A stretch of 64,000 nucleotides of DNA from Deltaproteobacteria bacterium (lineage in GTDB: Bacteria; Myxococcota_A; Polyangia; Polyangiales; Houyiibacteriaceae): assembly GCA_034670305.1 (NCBI GenBank), contig JAXMNT010000001.1, forward strand, positions 1 through 64,000. The letters run 5' to 3'. The position numbers were made by a program, and so were the translations under genes. This document shows, piece after piece, positions 19,501 to 31,625 of this stretch; within the stretch, counting starts at the first letter, position 1, and every line of letters starts with the position of its first letter. Below the pieces are notes generated by a model. It had not been told where the DNA came from and made no database searches. It saw only the letters and a list, made by a program, of their open reading frames with translations.

Positions 19501-22500
19501 GCCGGGCATCACGTCGCGGTGCACCGTGCCCTTGCCGTCGAGGTTGCGGAACGCGAGATCGATGTCGACGTCGAGCGTGCTGCCGACGTAGCTCGCGAGC
19601 CACCCACAGGGCTGGAGCGCGGCTTCGAGCAGCACGCAGAACGGCATGGTGCCAGGTGCGCTGTCCGGCCCGTTGTCGTCCAGGTACCAGGCGTCCGGGG
19701 CGACCTCGTAGACCACTTCGACGCGGGTGCCCTTGTGGTACGCGCCCATCGGGCCATCGAGCTCCGCGATGCGGCTCATGAAGTGGTAGGGCGGGCCCGG
19801 CAGGCGCGCGACGCTGCGCGGTCCGTCGAAGCGCGCGTACATCGGGCCGAACGCATCGCTCGGTTTGCCCCACGCGCAGGCGAGCAGGGAGTGGAAGTCG
19901 AACTCGTGGGCGACGCCATCGTAGGTCGCGCTCACGCCCGAGGTCTCGAGTGGGAACGAGCCGGTGCGGGTCAGTGGGGCATCCGGTCGGCCGAGCGCGA
20001 CGTGCGGTGGAAGCGTGACGGTGTCGGTCGCGCTGGTTCCGGTGTTGCTGGTTCCGGCGTTGCTGGTTCCGGCGTTGCTGGTTCCGGAGATTTCGACGAG
20101 CGGGTAGTCCGGGACGAGCTTCAGTCCCACCGCGCGGGCGTGGAACGCTTTGAGTCCGTCCACGGTGCAGAGCAGGTCGGCGACCAGCGTCGGTTCGCCG
20201 GTCTCGCTCCCGTCGTGGACCTCGCGCACGAAGATCTCGTAGGTGAGTTCTTTGGACGTTGGGATCACCTGACCGCGGCAGCGCATCAGGTACGGACGTT
20301 CGGTGAGCGGTTCGAACACCCAGCCGTCGCGCTCGAGCGTGAAGCCGAGGCCGGCCAGGTAGAAGGTCATCGCCTGCACGCAGCCTTCGAACATCAGCGT
20401 GCCCGGCATGCAGGGGTCGTTCTTGAAGTGGCCTTCGAAGAACCAGGCGTCCGGGGTGATCGGGAGCGTCGCGCGCAGGTACCCGCGGCCCCACGGACCG
20501 CCTTCGGGATCGAACTCGTCGACGGTGTCGAAGAACAGATGGTCCGCGTCGATGCCGGGCGTGCGCACGTGCGCCTGCGTGGGGTAGAACGCGTCGCCGA
20601 AGCAGTCGGTGAGGTGGCCGCTGGCGAACTGGCGCACGGCGTCTTTGTCGAAGCTGCGGTGGGTGCGGCACACCGGCGGCGCGACGGGTGCGTCTTGGAG
20701 GGTGTCGTCTTCGGGGGACCAGAGCACGCCGGCGGAGTCGGCGAGTTCTTCTTTGGTGAAGAAGCCCGCTTGGCCGGAGCGCACCGAGATCATCTTGCGG
20801 ACCGAACCGTCGGGGCTCAGCAGCTCGCAGTCGTAGTGGAAGAAGAACAAGCGCACGTCGCCCTGGCGGGCGTGGCCGTCGACGTGGATCGCGTAGCGCA
20901 GGCGGTCGCCGACCTTGGGCAGTTCGCCGTGGTAGGTCAGCTCGCACCCGAGCAGGCGGTACGCACGTTCGCCGAGGTTGAGCAGATCGGCGCCGAGGTA
21001 GCTGATGAGGAAGAGATCGGCCTGGCCGGACTCGATGAGCACGCCGGCGGGCATGCGGCCGCGCAGCAGGTACCAGGCGTCTTCCGAGATGTCGGTCTCG
21101 GTCCAGATGGTGCCCTTGCCGAGCTCGGTGGAGCCTTCGGCGAGCGGCTCGCCCTGCAGGCCGACCACGCGGCTCGCGAGCAGGAGCGGGGGCTCCGGCA
21201 TGCGGCACTGGATGGCGTGGGGATCTTGCGCGGCGAAGCGCGGCCCGAAGATCTCGCTGATGGTTCCGCCGGCATGCACCTCGAGGTCCGCGCGGGAGAA
21301 GGTGGGTCCGACCGGCGCGGGCAACGTCCAGGTCGACGTCGAGGCGGGCTTCGAAGCGGCGGTCTTCTCGGCGGCGGACTTCGGCGCCGTCTGCTTCAGC
21401 GCGGCGGTCTTCGGGGCGGTCGGCTCCGGCGTGGGCTTCGTGGAAGGCGCGGGAGCGGTGGCGGGGGCCGCTGGCGGGCGCGAGGTGATGGGCGAGGGTG
21501 GGACGCTCGGTGCAGGCGTCGGGGCGGCCGGAGGTGCGGGCCGAGGCGGGGTGGGCCGAGGCAAGGTGGGCCGAGGCAAGGTGGGAACGGCCCCCGCGTG
21601 AGGCGCGGCCGTCTGCATTTGCGCGGCGCCCATCAAGGTGAACATCGCGTTCTGCTGAACCTGGAGGAACTGCGTGTGCAGCGCGGTCTGTTGCGCGACG
21701 TAGGCTTCGTGCATCGCGGCCATCTGCGCGTTGAAGACCGCGGCCACGCCAGCAGGCGACGTCGGCGCGATGGCGGCGACGACGGCGGTTGGTGCGCTCG
21801 GCGGAGCGGCGGCGGGCGCTGCAACCGGTGCCGGGGCGTGGCCGTTCGAGGTGGGGGAGACATACGGCTCGAACACCGACGGCAAGCTCGGGGCGGGCGG
21901 CATCTTCTGGTGGGGTGCGGTCATGGAGGCTGCTGCGTGCGGGGTCGTGAGAGCGGAAGCGGAAGCGGGAGCGGGCGCGGGAGCGGGAGCGGGAGCGGGA
22001 GCGGGAGCGGGAGCGGGAGCGGGAGCGGAAGCCGACGCCGAATCCGAATCCGAATCCGATGCCGAAGCCGAAGCCGAAGCCGAAGCCGATGCCGAAGCCG
22101 AATCCGAATCCGAATCCGAAGCCGATGCCGAAGCCGACGCCGAATCCGAAGCCGAAGCCGAATCCGAATCCGAATCCGAAGCCGATGCCGAAGCCGACGC
22201 CGACGCCGAAGCCGAAGCCGACGCCGAAGCCGAATCCGAATCCGAAGCCGAAGCCGATGCCGAAGCCGACGCCGAATCCGATGCCGATTGGCCGACTTCG
22301 GGCCAGTGGGCGGGGAGGGTGAGGGTGGGGGGGGCCAGTTCGAAGGCGGGCGGCATGGCGGGGCCGCCTTGCACGGTGACGCTGCGTTGGAAGCCGAGCA
22401 GCGAGGTGACGCGGACGGTGGCGGTGGCGCCCTCGTTCAGGCCGAGGATGGCGTCGAGGACGCAGGCCAGGCCGTGCGCTGCGTGCGCCACGCCGGTGCG

Positions 22501-24567
22501 GGCGCTCAGACGCTCTGGCCAGTCGGGTGCGTCCCCTTCCATGTCGAGGGTGGCGAGCACGGGGAGTTCGTACCGGGCCGCGTCGCCGGCGCGCATCAGG
22601 ACGAGCGCTATGGCGGCGTCGCCGGTCGGAACAGAACCGTTGCCGGTGACGGCGGCGAGCGCGGCTTCGTGCACGGGCTCGACGCTCAGATCCACCGCGC
22701 CGACGATCGCCGCTTCCACGTGTCGATCGCGCAGCGCGATCCGGGCGAGCTCGAGGGCGCGGATGCCGCTCAGTTGTTCTTCCGCGACGGTGAAACTCGG
22801 TCCGTGCAGGTCGAGCGCGCTGCTGATGCGGTTGGCGGGAATGTTCGGCATCGTGCCGAGCACGCCGCTCGAGCGCAGCGTGGGCCGGAACTCGTCGCCG
22901 CTGCGTCCGGGCCACTCGGACGCGCGCCAGCGCGCGCCGTAGCGTGAGACTTCGGGGTCGCACTGCGCGCCGACGAACACTGCGGTGGCGGGGGTGATCG
23001 GCAGGCCGGCCACCGCTTCGAGCGCGGCGGCCAACATGGAGGTCTGTTGCCCGTGGCAATCCTTGAGATCGTTCGGCGGAAATCCGAGGCCCTTCATCGG
23101 CAGGACGACCGACTCCATTCGGCGCCGCGCCGCGGACCCATCGGCGGCGGTCTCGAGGAGCGCCGCGAGCGCCACCGCCGAGGTCGCGCTGCCGACGCGC
23201 GCGCCGACGCCGACGACGACAAGCGCCTCTTTGATTGCGGCCCGGGGCACCGCGACGGAAGCGCTGCGCTGGGCCAGCGCGAGATCTTCGACGACCACAT
23301 GCGCATCGTTGCCTCCGAACCCGAACGCACTGACGGCGGCCCGGCGCGGACCGGTCCAAGGTTCGGGCGCGTGCAATACCCGGCAGTCGCCGAGCGCGGC
23401 GCTCGGGCGATCGACGTGGGGCGTCGGAGGCAAGACGCCGTGGCGCAACGCTTCGACGACCTTGATCACGCCGGCCGCGCCAGCCGCCGTGATCAGGTGG
23501 CCGAGGTTCGCTTTGAGCGAGCCGACCAAGAGCGGCTGCTCCGCGGTCGGTCCGTAGACCAACGCGAGGCTCTCGAGTTCCGTCGCGTCGCCGAGCGTGG
23601 TGCCGGTCGCATGGCATTCGACGTACGAGACGTCCCGAGGGCTGCATCCGGCCTCCGCGAGCGCCGCGCGCATCGCCCGGACTTGGCCGCCATGGGCGGG
23701 CGCGAGGAACCCGCGCGCGCGTCCGTCGTTCGACAAGCCGACCCCGCGGATGACGCCGAGCACGTTGTGTCCATCGCGGAGCGCGTCGTCGAGCCGCTCG
23801 AGGACCAACATCGCGCAGCCCTCGGCCGGGACCAGACCGTCCGCCTCCGCGTGGAAGGGCCGACTGCGCCCGGTCTTGCTCATCGCGTCGAGGGCGCAGA
23901 AGCCGACGTGGATGAAGAGGTCGTCGCAGCGGTTGACCGCGCCGGCCAACATCGCGTCCATGCGGCGGTCACGGAGCGCATCGCATGCGATGCCGAGTGC
24001 GTAGAGAGACGACGCGCAGGCGGAGTCCAGCGCGAACGCCTCGGACAGGCCAAGCGCGCGGGCGAGCAAGAGCGCCGGCAGACCCGAAGAGAACCGCTCG
24101 CGCGGGTCGGGTTGGGTGCGGCCGAGCCGTTCGGCCAGTGCGCCGAGCCAGTGCTGTTCCGCGAACGCCGCATGGCCGGCGGTCGGAAACGAGAGGTTGC
24201 CGAGCACCGCGCCGATGCGGCGGGTGCTGGGGTCGAGGTGTGCGTCGGCGAGCGCGCGCTTTCCCACGTGCAGGGGCAGGGTGAACACCGGGTCCAGGCC
24301 TGCGAGTTCGCCGGCGGGGACTTCGAATCCGTGCGGGTCGAACTCGAACCCGCGCACGTAGCCGCCCCGGTCCGACCACGTTCGGTCGGCTGCGTCCTTC
24401 GCCCGCCTCGCTTCGGTGAAGGTGTGCTCGGGCCCAAGGCCCCAGCGATCTCTCGGAGCGCTCGTGACGAGGTCGCGTCCAGCGACGACGGCGTCCCAGA
24501 GCGCTTCCGGGTCGTGGGCACCCGGCAGGACGCATGCGCGTCCCACGATGGCAATCGGTTCAGTCAT
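16588..24567 (-). CDS. pfa3: PUFA synthase Pfa3 (PfaC-like): KS-CLF-linker-FabA-like DH/pseudo-DH pairs-PKS-type DH-AGPAT
   Basis: [49 protein letters not shown] and [22 protein letters not shown]; acyltransferase [11 protein letters not shown] and HVEGTRS. Confidence 0.92.
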   Translation of the reverse strand: MTEPIAIVGRACVLPGAHDPEALWDAVVAGRDLVTSAPRDRWGLGPEHTFTEARRAKDAADRTWSDRGGYVRGFEFDPHGFEVPAGELAGLDPVFTLPLHVGKRALADAHLDPSTRRIGAVLGNLSFPTAGHAAFAEQHWLGALAERLGRTQPDPRERFSSGLPALLLARALGLSEAFALDSACASSLYALGIACDALRDRRMDAMLAGAVNRCDDLFIHVGFCALDAMSKTGRSRPFHAEADGLVPAEGCAMLVLERLDDALRDGHNVLGVIRGVGLSNDGRARGFLAPAHGGQVRAMRAALAEAGCSPRDVSYVECHATGTTLGDATELESLALVYGPTAEQPLLVGSLKANLGHLITAAGAAGVIKVVEALRHGVLPPTPHVDRPSAALGDCRVLHAPEPWTGPRRAAVSAFGFGGNDAHVVVEDLALAQRSASVAVPRAAIKEALVVVGVGARVGSATSAVALAALLETAADGSAARRRMESVVLPMKGLGFPPNDLKDCHGQQTSMLAAALEAVAGLPITPATAVFVGAQCDPEVSRYGARWRASEWPGRSGDEFRPTLRSSGVLGTMPNIPANRISSALDLHGPSFTVAEEQLSGIRALELARIALRDRHVEAAIVGAVDLSVEPVHEAALAAVTGNGSVPTGDAAIALVLMRAGDAARYELPVLATLDMEGDAPDWPERLSARTGVAHAAHGLACVLDAILGLNEGATATVRVTSLLGFQRSVTVQGGPAMPPAFELAPPTLTLPAHWPEVGQSASDSASASASASASDSDSASASASASASASASASASDSDSDSASASDSASASASASDSDSDSASASASASASASASDSDSDSASASAPAPAPAPAPAPAPAPAPAPASASALTTPHAAASMTAPHQKMPPAPSLPSVFEPYVSPTSNGHAPAPVAAPAAAPPSAPTAVVAAIAPTSPAGVAAVFNAQMAAMHEAYVAQQTALHTQFLQVQQNAMFTLMGAAQMQTAAPHAGAVPTLPRPTLPRPTPPRPAPPAAPTPAPSVPPSPITSRPPAAPATAPAPSTKPTPEPTAPKTAALKQTAPKSAAEKTAASKPASTSTWTLPAPVGPTFSRADLEVHAGGTISEIFGPRFAAQDPHAIQCRMPEPPLLLASRVVGLQGEPLAEGSTELGKGTIWTETDISEDAWYLLRGRMPAGVLIESGQADLFLISYLGADLLNLGERAYRLLGCELTYHGELPKVGDRLRYAIHVDGHARQGDVRLFFFHYDCELLSPDGSVRKMISVRSGQAGFFTKEELADSAGVLWSPEDDTLQDAPVAPPVCRTHRSFDKDAVRQFASGHLTDCFGDAFYPTQAHVRTPGIDADHLFFDTVDEFDPEGGPWGRGYLRATLPITPDAWFFEGHFKNDPCMPGTLMFEGCVQAMTFYLAGLGFTLERDGWVFEPLTERPYLMRCRGQVIPTSKELTYEIFVREVHDGSETGEPTLVADLLCTVDGLKAFHARAVGLKLVPDYPLVEISGTSNAGTSNAGTSNTGTSATDTVTLPPHVALGRPDAPLTRTGSFPLETSGVSATYDGVAHEFDFHSLLACAWGKPSDAFGPMYARFDGPRSVARLPGPPYHFMSRIAELDGPMGAYHKGTRVEVVYEVAPDAWYLDDNGPDSAPGTMPFCVLLEAALQPCGWLASYVGSTLDVDIDLAFRNLDGKGTVHRDVMPGLLAQEDPSRPLTLRTTSTIVGQSKVGGMVIESFEVRVWLETERGKALVYELDTVFGFFPEAALANQVGLPMTDEMRAILNAPHDFTVDLTDRSAASRYFDAPLCLPRPSLMMLDRLTAFDPKGGSEGLGFIRGEKDVDPNEWSFKAHFFEDPVQPGSLGIEAMIQLLQAFVIESGLADDLPNPRFEPIAFGDEHSWKYRGQVVIANSCVTTTLDVLSIEDATDDAGVERRIVRGKSSLWVDGKRIYESNLGIAVRSDAPAPVDPKSKPSAEASDGEVVYTLQSHPWLGDHRPTFTVPSLPMMSVLDRFVQATGELPVEAQGWSDLRVERWVTLDPSARTKVERDGDEVRLLVWRDARDPKLSRFEVAARAMLLGGTAAKPRPGDTAGSFPALEPLATTTVQPLPYAEAGGALFHGPAFQALRSLTFGRTASGAAGSSAVLSAAAAKVPYGAVHPGLLDAATHAIPHDALADWHEGVRDDLVAYPYRLDARFYRAMPRTGDVACEVRLLGLEDARFAVFRVQLSDDAGPLVDMRLTEVLLPKGPLGMARPDDRRAFLRDNVHVPGMTLSATDADGFRLAPADVRASDWLPGTVARVYGSGATTVDALTRDVVAKDLVATMTGTHPSLLTVTPNGESTVEVHGPVLPLTRTSVELRGSDPVRAQWLEDRFDLSPVKDYWTKKLGKDSWLVGDLYYGLIESFLSRVTVEAPAEHAALRGRSVLFLANHQTGIESLVFSIVAGALQQTPTLVLAKSDHRTSWLGRLIESCFQYPGVDDPGVIAFFDRNDPASMPSIISQLRDETAAKSLLIHVEGTRSVVAADPVTKMSGIFIDLALSANLPIVPVRFTRGLPTEPLQERLEFPVGYGTQQIAFGAPLLPETLRAATYKARTDRVTEALNGFAGDHPTAGNAPLARAIAARRAEGSAEPQAVALEVLSRLTDPSEETRRLLANDTEGQDPVSTWLRTMSGWFES
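21953..22288 (+). repeat. hexamer array (GCGGRA)n-(GCCGAN/TCCGAA)n inserted in frame in pfa3
   Basis: Encodes (SA/SD)n(AP)n on the minus strand. Confidence 0.95.
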
Positions 24568-24626
24568 GGGCTCGTTCGTTGGCGAGGAGACGCGCGCACC
24601 CGCGGGCACACGCAGAGGGTCGGCTG

Positions 24627-27600
24627 CTAGGCGTCGGTTTCGGTGTCGCGCGAACCCGGAAGCACGTGGGTCGTCACCCCTACGAGTTCTGCGACCGGGG
24701 CGCCTTCGCCGTCGACGAAGAAGATGTCGCACACGGCTTTGTCGCCGCTCGCCTCGCGGCCCCGCACGATGCCGCGCGTGATGCCGTGCGGCAGGCCGGG
24801 CTGGTGGATCTCGAGGGACTCGAGACCGGTCGGGAGCGCTGCGCCGCCGAGACGGTGGGTGGTCCACAGCACCGCGAGTTGCAGTCCGCCGTCCAGCAGG
24901 GCCGGGTCGGTCTGCCAGCCGTCGTCGAGGTCGGGCCATCCGGCCGAACGCGCGCCGCCGAGCTGTCCGTCGGCGCCCTCGGTGCCCACGTCGGGCACGT
25001 CCTGGATGACCTGGAAGTCCTCGCCGTGGAAGAGCACGACTCCGTCGTAGACCGCGCCCTGCAGACCGTGCAGCCCCTCGGGGCGCGCGATGGTGGCGGT
25101 GCTCTTGGCGCGGGCACGCGTCATGCGGGCCGTCGCGGTGTAGTGCTTGGGACCGGGCTGGCCGTCCTTGCCCTGTGCGTGCAGCGCGAGCGCCAGGTGG
25201 GCGCCGTCGCCGTTCTGGACCTGCGACACGCGCACTTCCAGATGCAGTGCTTCGCCTTCTTCGAACCCGAGCGCGCGAATGCCGCGAAGCACCCGCACGT
25301 CGCTCACGCCGCTGAGGACCAGATCCGGCCGGTGCACGCTCGCCGCGCGGGCGAACCACTCGAGCGCGAGCGCGACCGGTACGACGGCGATGCCCTGGAC
25401 GCGGTGGCCGAGGAGGTAGGGGTGAAGGTCGCGGTCGACGACCACCGACAGACACGTTTCGTCCGCCCGATCGACCGAGACGAAGCGGGCGGGGTCGCCG
25501 CCGATCACGACGTCGATGGCGCCGGGGCTCGAGAGTTCGGCGACGAATCGTCGGGCTCCGTCGTCGAGTGCGATCATCGGCACCCCGAGCGCTGCGAAGT
25601 GCGCCTTCAGTGCGCCAGTGACCATGCCGGCCTGCCAGGGGCCCCAGCCGATCGACTTCACGACGGTGTTCGGGCGCGCCACGGCTTCCGCCACGAGCAC
25701 CTTGTTCAGGGTCTCGTTGGCCATCGCGTAATCGCACTGGCCGAGGTTGCCGACGCGGGCGGCGACGCTGGAGAACGCGCACAGGACCTTCAGGGTGTCG
25801 TTCGCGGTGGCGTCGAGCAGCGCGCGCAGGCCGCGCACCTTGGTGTCGAACACGCGGTCGAACTGCGCGTCGGTCTTGTCGGCGATCATGCGGTCCGCCA
25901 GCACCCCGGCGCCGTGCACGACGCCCTGGATGGGGCCCCATTCGGTGCGGACCCGATCGAGCAGCGCGCCGAGTGTGGTCGCATCGGTCACGTCGACCGC
26001 TTCGTAACGGGCTTCGCCACCGGCGGCCTGAATGTCGGAGAGGGTCTGCCGGATCTCGCGCGCGCCGAGGATGCGCGCGGCCTCTGCACCGAGCTCGGTC
26101 GGCTTCGGCATCTCGCCGCGTGCGCGCGCCAGTTGGAGCAGCACCTTCTTGATCGCGGCGTCGTCCTTGGCGTCCGCGAAGTCGGTGGCCTCGGCTGCGA
26201 GCGGGGTGCGCCCGAGCAGCACCAGTCGGCAGCCGGAGGCGCGGGCGAGTTCGACCAGGCAACGTGCGGTCACGCCGCGCGCGCCTCCAGAGGCCACCAC
26301 GACGTCGCCGCGTCCGAGCGGGCAGACGCCGCTTGTGGCTGCGGTCTCGGTGGAGACGAGCGTCTGGCGTTTGCCATCGCGCAGCCCGACCTCGACGGCC
26401 GTGCCGCCGGTGTAGAGTTCGCGCTCGATCAAGCGCGCGGTGGTTTCGGCCGAGGCCGATGGCACCAGATCGATCGCGCGCACCGAAGCGAGCGGCCACT
26501 CGTGGGAGGCGGTCTTCACGAGGCCGGGCAAACCGCCGAGCCACGCGCGCGGACCACCGGTGCCCGCGGCGCCGAGCGAACCATCGACGTGCTGGACCGA
26601 GACGAAGAGGCCGCCTCCAGCGGTGTGGTGCCCCGCGACGGTGCGGGCGGCGGCGAACACTTCACGCTGAATGGCGCGCGCGTCGTCGAGGGTGGCGACC
26701 GGCCGGAGCCCGGCGAGCGAGACGACCCCATCGACGGCGTCGGTGGGCGCGCCGATGGTGACGTTCAGTCCTCGGCGGGCGAGACGAGCTTGGAGAGCCT
26801 CCGCCACGGGACCGTTGCCGGTCGTGGTGTCGGAGAGGATGGCGAGGGTGCGCGCGGTCGGTAGCCCGGCCATCGCGAAGCCCGCCGGCGGTGCGTCGGC
26901 GAGCGACACCACGTAGCGCGACACGGCGGCGTCCGGAGCGGACGCCGTGGCGGTCGCGGGGCCGGCGGTCGCTGCGTCGGCGCCTGGAAGCAGCGGCCGG
27001 TACATGTCGACGATCTGGGTGAGGGTGCGGAGCTTCGCGAGCTCGCCCGCATCGACGTCCGGCAGACCGGGCACCTGCTCGCGCATGGCGGAGAGGATTT
27101 CGACGCGTTTGATGGAGTCGACGCCGAGGTCGGCTTCGAGGTCCATGTCGAGTCCGAGCATGTCGGTCGGGTATCCGGTCTTCTCGGCGACGACCGCGAG
27201 CAAGATCGCTGTGAGGTCGACCTGCGCGGCGGGCGCTGGCGCGGCAGCCGGTGGGGTCTGCGCGGCAGCCGGTGCGGTCTGCGCGGCAGCCGGTGCGGTC
27301 TGCGCGGCAGCCGGTGCGGTCTGGGCGGCCGGGAGAAGCGGTCGGTACATGTCGACGATCTGGGTGAGCGTGCGGAGCTTCGCGAGTTCGCCCGCGTCCA
27401 CGTCCGGAAGTCCCGGCACCTGCTCGCGCATGGCGGAGAGGATCTCCACGCGTTTGATGGAGTCGACGCCGAGGTCGGCTTCAAGATCCATGTCGAGCCC
27501 GAGCATGTCCGTGGGGTAGCCGGTCTTCTCGGCGACGACGGCCAGCAGGATCGCGGTCAAGTCGACCGGGGGCGCCGCGGATGTGGATGCGGTGGCCGAT

Positions 27601-30600
27601 GCTGCCGGCGCCGACGCGGGCGCGGACGGACTCGGGGCGTCGGTGCCGGTGGGCGGCAGGAGCGGGCGGTACATGTCGACGATCTGTCCGAGCGTGCGGA
27701 GCTTCGCGAGCTCGCCCGGATCGACATCGGGCAGACCGGGGACCTGCTCGCGCATGGCGGAGAGGATCTCGACACGTTTGATGGAGTCGACGCCGAGGTC
27801 GGCTTCGAGATCCATGTCGAGTCCGAGCATGTCGGTCGGGTAGCCGGTCTTCTCGGCGACCACGTTCAGGAGGATCGCCGTGAGGTCGACCTGCGGCGCC
27901 TGGGCGGCGGGTGTGGGGGGCGCGGTCGCCGTGCTGGTGGACGCGGGGAGCGCGTCGCCGGCCGGCAAGAGCGGGCGGTACATGTCGACGATCTGTCCGA
28001 GCGTGCGGAGCTTGGCGAGCTCGCCCGGATCGACGTCGGGCAGACCGGGCACCTGCTCGCGCATGGCGGAGAGGATCTCGACACGTTTGATGGAGTCGAC
28101 GCCGAGATCGGCTTCGAGGTCCATGTCGAGTCCGAGCATGTCGGTGGGGTAGCCGGTCTTCTCGGCGACGACGTTCAGGAGGATCGCCGTCAGATCGATC
28201 TTCGGCGCGGGCGCGGTGACCTGCGGCGCAGAAACGACCGCGGGCGCCTGCGGCTGAACCTGAGTCTGCGGCTGAGGCTGAACCTGTGGCTGAACCTGTG
28301 GCTGAACCTGAGGCTGAACCTGAACCTGCGGCTGCACCGGCATCTGCGGCTGCACCGGCATCTGCGGCTGCACTGGCATCTGCGGCTGCACCGGCATCTG
28401 CGGGACCGGCATCTGTGGGACCGCCAGCTGCGGCTGCGGCGCACTCAACGCGCCGATCCCGAACATGCTCGCCTGCGCCGTCTGCAGGAACGCGGCGTGG
28501 CTCTGCGCCATGGCCTGCTGGAACGCGGTGTGGGCCTGGGCGGTCTGTGCCTGCGCCTGCGCGAAGGCGTCGAGCCACGCGCTCGGTGCCGCAGCCGCCA
28601 CCCCTGCGCCAGGCGGGACGTGCACACCCGGCACAGCAGGCTGCGCGGCGACGGGGACCTCGACGATCTTCTCGACCACCTTCTCGACGATGCGCACTTC
28701 GGGTTCGACCGGCGGAAGCTCCGCGTTCGGTCCCGGGCGCGCCGACGCGCCTTCCGTGGGCGGGTAGGGTTTGCCGTAGTTCGCTCCGTCGATGGGCATC
28801 GCGAGCTTCGGCTTCGTCGCCGTGCGCGGATCGTCGACGTGGTCGTACTCGTTCCAGAGCGCGTCGAGGGTCATCGCCCGACCTTCCGAGACCAGCCGCG
28901 CGAGCGCGTGCTGAAGAGAGGTCATGCCGTCGCGGCCCTTGCGGTCGGTCGCGATCGCCGCGTGGGCCTTGCCCTTGAGAATGCGTCCGACGAGACCGGT
29001 CAGCACCGAACCCGGGCCGACCTCGACGAAGGTGCGCACGCCGCGCGCGTACATCGCCTCGATGAGTTCCACGAAACGCACTGGCTCGGCGATCGCTTCC
29101 GCGAGCACCTTCCGCATCGTGCCCGCGTCGTGCGGCGCGGCTTTGCTCCCCGCGAAGACGGTGGTGGTCGGCGCTTGGAAGCGCACGCCTTCGAGCCACG
29201 TGCCGAACGGGCCGACCGCGTCCGCGACCACCGGCGAGTGGAACGCGGTGGCGACGTCGAGACGCACCGCGCCCACGCCCTCGGTCTTCGCGGCGGCTTC
29301 GGCATCGTCGATCTGTGTGACGGTGCCCGAGAGCACGACCTGTCCTGGGTGGTTGTGGTTGGCGACCGTGGCGCCGCTCGTGATCGCGATCGAACGCGCG
29401 ACGTCGATGTCGGCTCGGAGCGCGAGCATGGCCCCTTCGTTCGACTTGGCCGCGTCCCGCATCGCCTCCCCGCGTTTGCGGGACACCTTGAGGAAGTCGG
29501 ACGCGCTGAGCGCGCCCGCGGCGTGGAGCGCCGTCACTTCGCCGTAGCTGTGGCCGGCGAACGCGGCCGGCTCGAGACCGGCCTGCTTCAGGAGCGCCAG
29601 CACGCTCGCGCTCGCGGCACCGATGGCGGGCTGGGCCCACTCGGTGGCGCGGAGAGCGTCCTCTTGGACCTGGCGCGCGGCGTCGTCGAACACCGGCTTC
29701 GGGAACACCACGTCGTGGAGCGGGCGCTCTGCGTCCGCCAAGGCATCGGCCAGGACGTCGACCGAGTGGTCCCAGATCGCGATCGCTTCGTCGTGCGCCA
29801 TCGCGAGCGCGGCGCCCATATTCACGTATTGGCTTCCCTGTCCGGGAAACACGAACGCGACGTCGCCGGCGGTCGCACCGAAGCCGACGTAGATGCCCTT
29901 CGGCGAATCGGCGGCGACGCCCTTCTTGGCCATGGCGGCGGCGTCGGCGAGTTTCGCGATCAGGTCGGCTTCGTCGGTCGCGACGATCGCGGCGCGGGCG
30001 GACTTCGACGCGTCGTACAGGGTCTGCGAAGCGCGGGCGACGAAGCGCAGCGTGCGGGGCAGGGTGCCGAGTTCGTTCGCGAGCGTGGTGCACGCAGCGG
30101 CGAGCGCGTCCGGACTGTCCGCGGTGAGCACCACCATCTCGGTCGACGCAGTGCGGCGGCGTTTGGCGATGCGCGCCAGAGAGGCGGGCGCTTCTTCGAC
30201 CGCGACGTGGAAGTTGCTGCCGCCGAAACCGAACGCGCTGACGCCAGCCCGGCGCGGGTGATCGCTGCCCCGAACCCACGGTCGGGCCTCGGTGCTCAGG
30301 TAGAAGGGCGAGGTCTCGATCTCCATGAGCGGGTTCGGCCGGTCGACTTTGATCGTCGGCGGAAGCACCCGGTGGTGCAGTGCGAGCACCGCTTTGACCA
30401 GACCAGCGGCGCCCGCGGCGGCTTTGGTGTGGCCGATCTGCGATTTGACCGAGCCGAGCGCGCACCACTGATGGTCGTCTCGGGCCGCTTCTCCGAAGGC
30501 CATGTTGAGACCCGCGACTTCGGCGGCGTCGCCGGCGCGGGTGCCGGTGCCGTGCGCTTCGAGCAGTTCGATCGTGCCGGCGTCGATCTCGGCTTGTTCG

Positions 30601-31625
30601 TAGGCGCGGCGGATCGCGCGGGCCTGTCCTTCGCTCAGCGGCGCGTAGATGCTCTTCGCGCGGCCATCGCTCGAGGAACCGATGCCGCGGATGGTCGCGT
30701 AGACCTGATCGCCATCGCGCTCGGCGTCGGAGAGCCGCTTGAGCGCGACCATGCCGATGCCTTCGCCGAGCATCGTGCCGTCGGCTTCGTCGCTGAACGG
30801 GCGGCAGTCGCCGGTCATGCTGAGCGCCGGCGTCTTGCTGAAGCACATGTACATGAAGATGTCGTTCATCGTGTCCGCGCCGCCGCAGATCACGAGGTCC
30901 GACTGGCCGAGGCGCAGTTCGCCGATGCCCATCGAGAGCGCACTCAACGTGCTCGCGCACGCCGCGTCAGAGACACAGTTGGTGCCGTGCAGGTCGAGGC
31001 GGTTGGCGATGCGGCCGGCGACGACGTTGCCGAGCAAGCCAGGGAAGCTGCTCTCTTGCCAATCGTTGTAGTGGCTCGAGATGCGCTCGCACGCGTCGAC
31101 GACTTGGCTCTCCGGCAGACCCGCTTCGCGCAGCGCTTTGACCCACACCGGGCGCTGGAGGCGCGACACCATGGAGCCGAGCAGCTCCTGTGCGCTCGTG
31201 ACCCCGAGCATGACGCTGATGCGTTCCCGGTCGACGGTGTCGAACGAGCCACGGGTGGCGTCCTGCAAGACTTGCTGCGCGACGATGAGCGCGAGCAGCT
31301 GGCAGGTGTCGGTCGCCGGCACGATCGACGGGGGCACGCCCCAGGCGAGTGGATCGAAGTCGACCTTCGGCAAGAACGCGCCGCGTTTGGCGTAGGTCTT
31401 GTCCTGCGCCTTGGGGTCGGCGTCGTAGTAGTCCTCGATGAGCCAATGCGAAGCGGGCACGTCCGTCATGCGGTCGGTGCCGGCGAGGATGTCGGTCCAG
31501 AAGCCGGTCTCGTCGAGCGAACCCGGGAACAGGCAGCTCAGACCGACGACCGCGATCGGTTCGCGGGCCAGTTGCTGGCGGGCTTCGGAGGAGATCGGGG
31601 CGGAGGGGGTGTGGTCGTCTTGCAT
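24627..31625 (-). CDS. pfa2: PUFA synthase Pfa2 (PfaA-like): KS-MAT-4xACP-KR-DH
   Basis: DAACAS, EAHGTGT, GHTKAAAG, GHSYG, four LGVDSIKRVEIL, GGARGVT/GQCDYAMAN, HPYLLGHRVQG. Confidence 0.95.
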   Translation of the reverse strand: MQDDHTPSAPISSEARQQLAREPIAVVGLSCLFPGSLDETGFWTDILAGTDRMTDVPASHWLIEDYYDADPKAQDKTYAKRGAFLPKVDFDPLAWGVPPSIVPATDTCQLLALIVAQQVLQDATRGSFDTVDRERISVMLGVTSAQELLGSMVSRLQRPVWVKALREAGLPESQVVDACERISSHYNDWQESSFPGLLGNVVAGRIANRLDLHGTNCVSDAACASTLSALSMGIGELRLGQSDLVICGGADTMNDIFMYMCFSKTPALSMTGDCRPFSDEADGTMLGEGIGMVALKRLSDAERDGDQVYATIRGIGSSSDGRAKSIYAPLSEGQARAIRRAYEQAEIDAGTIELLEAHGTGTRAGDAAEVAGLNMAFGEAARDDHQWCALGSVKSQIGHTKAAAGAAGLVKAVLALHHRVLPPTIKVDRPNPLMEIETSPFYLSTEARPWVRGSDHPRRAGVSAFGFGGSNFHVAVEEAPASLARIAKRRRTASTEMVVLTADSPDALAAACTTLANELGTLPRTLRFVARASQTLYDASKSARAAIVATDEADLIAKLADAAAMAKKGVAADSPKGIYVGFGATAGDVAFVFPGQGSQYVNMGAALAMAHDEAIAIWDHSVDVLADALADAERPLHDVVFPKPVFDDAARQVQEDALRATEWAQPAIGAASASVLALLKQAGLEPAAFAGHSYGEVTALHAAGALSASDFLKVSRKRGEAMRDAAKSNEGAMLALRADIDVARSIAITSGATVANHNHPGQVVLSGTVTQIDDAEAAAKTEGVGAVRLDVATAFHSPVVADAVGPFGTWLEGVRFQAPTTTVFAGSKAAPHDAGTMRKVLAEAIAEPVRFVELIEAMYARGVRTFVEVGPGSVLTGLVGRILKGKAHAAIATDRKGRDGMTSLQHALARLVSEGRAMTLDALWNEYDHVDDPRTATKPKLAMPIDGANYGKPYPPTEGASARPGPNAELPPVEPEVRIVEKVVEKIVEVPVAAQPAVPGVHVPPGAGVAAAAPSAWLDAFAQAQAQTAQAHTAFQQAMAQSHAAFLQTAQASMFGIGALSAPQPQLAVPQMPVPQMPVQPQMPVQPQMPVQPQMPVQPQVQVQPQVQPQVQPQVQPQPQTQVQPQAPAVVSAPQVTAPAPKIDLTAILLNVVAEKTGYPTDMLGLDMDLEADLGVDSIKRVEILSAMREQVPGLPDVDPGELAKLRTLGQIVDMYRPLLPAGDALPASTSTATAPPTPAAQAPQVDLTAILLNVVAEKTGYPTDMLGLDMDLEADLGVDSIKRVEILSAMREQVPGLPDVDPGELAKLRTLGQIVDMYRPLLPPTGTDAPSPSAPASAPAASATASTSAAPPVDLTAILLAVVAEKTGYPTDMLGLDMDLEADLGVDSIKRVEILSAMREQVPGLPDVDAGELAKLRTLTQIVDMYRPLLPAAQTAPAAAQTAPAAAQTAPAAAQTPPAAAPAPAAQVDLTAILLAVVAEKTGYPTDMLGLDMDLEADLGVDSIKRVEILSAMREQVPGLPDVDAGELAKLRTLTQIVDMYRPLLPGADAATAGPATATASAPDAAVSRYVVSLADAPPAGFAMAGLPTARTLAILSDTTTGNGPVAEALQARLARRGLNVTIGAPTDAVDGVVSLAGLRPVATLDDARAIQREVFAAARTVAGHHTAGGGLFVSVQHVDGSLGAAGTGGPRAWLGGLPGLVKTASHEWPLASVRAIDLVPSASAETTARLIERELYTGGTAVEVGLRDGKRQTLVSTETAATSGVCPLGRGDVVVASGGARGVTARCLVELARASGCRLVLLGRTPLAAEATDFADAKDDAAIKKVLLQLARARGEMPKPTELGAEAARILGAREIRQTLSDIQAAGGEARYEAVDVTDATTLGALLDRVRTEWGPIQGVVHGAGVLADRMIADKTDAQFDRVFDTKVRGLRALLDATANDTLKVLCAFSSVAARVGNLGQCDYAMANETLNKVLVAEAVARPNTVVKSIGWGPWQAGMVTGALKAHFAALGVPMIALDDGARRFVAELSSPGAIDVVIGGDPARFVSVDRADETCLSVVVDRDLHPYLLGHRVQGIAVVPVALALEWFARAASVHRPDLVLSGVSDVRVLRGIRALGFEEGEALHLEVRVSQVQNGDGAHLALALHAQGKDGQPGPKHYTATARMTRARAKSTATIARPEGLHGLQGAVYDGVVLFHGEDFQVIQDVPDVGTEGADGQLGGARSAGWPDLDDGWQTDPALLDGGLQLAVLWTTHRLGGAALPTGLESLEIHQPGLPHGITRGIVRGREASGDKAVCDIFFVDGEGAPVAELVGVTTHVLPGSRDTETDA
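26995..28200 (-). repeat. four near-identical tandem ACP coding units
   Basis: DLTAILL.VVAEKTGYPTDMLGLDMDLEADLGVDSIKRVEILSAM repeated four times, with Pro/Ala linkers (one contains an AAAQTAP 21-bp repeat). Confidence 0.95.

Noticed and set aside
24568-26544. N-terminal 658 aa of the 3318-aa ORF
   Set aside because: Arg-rich off-frame shadow overlapping pfa2. The KS domain begins at MTEPIAIVG (24567).
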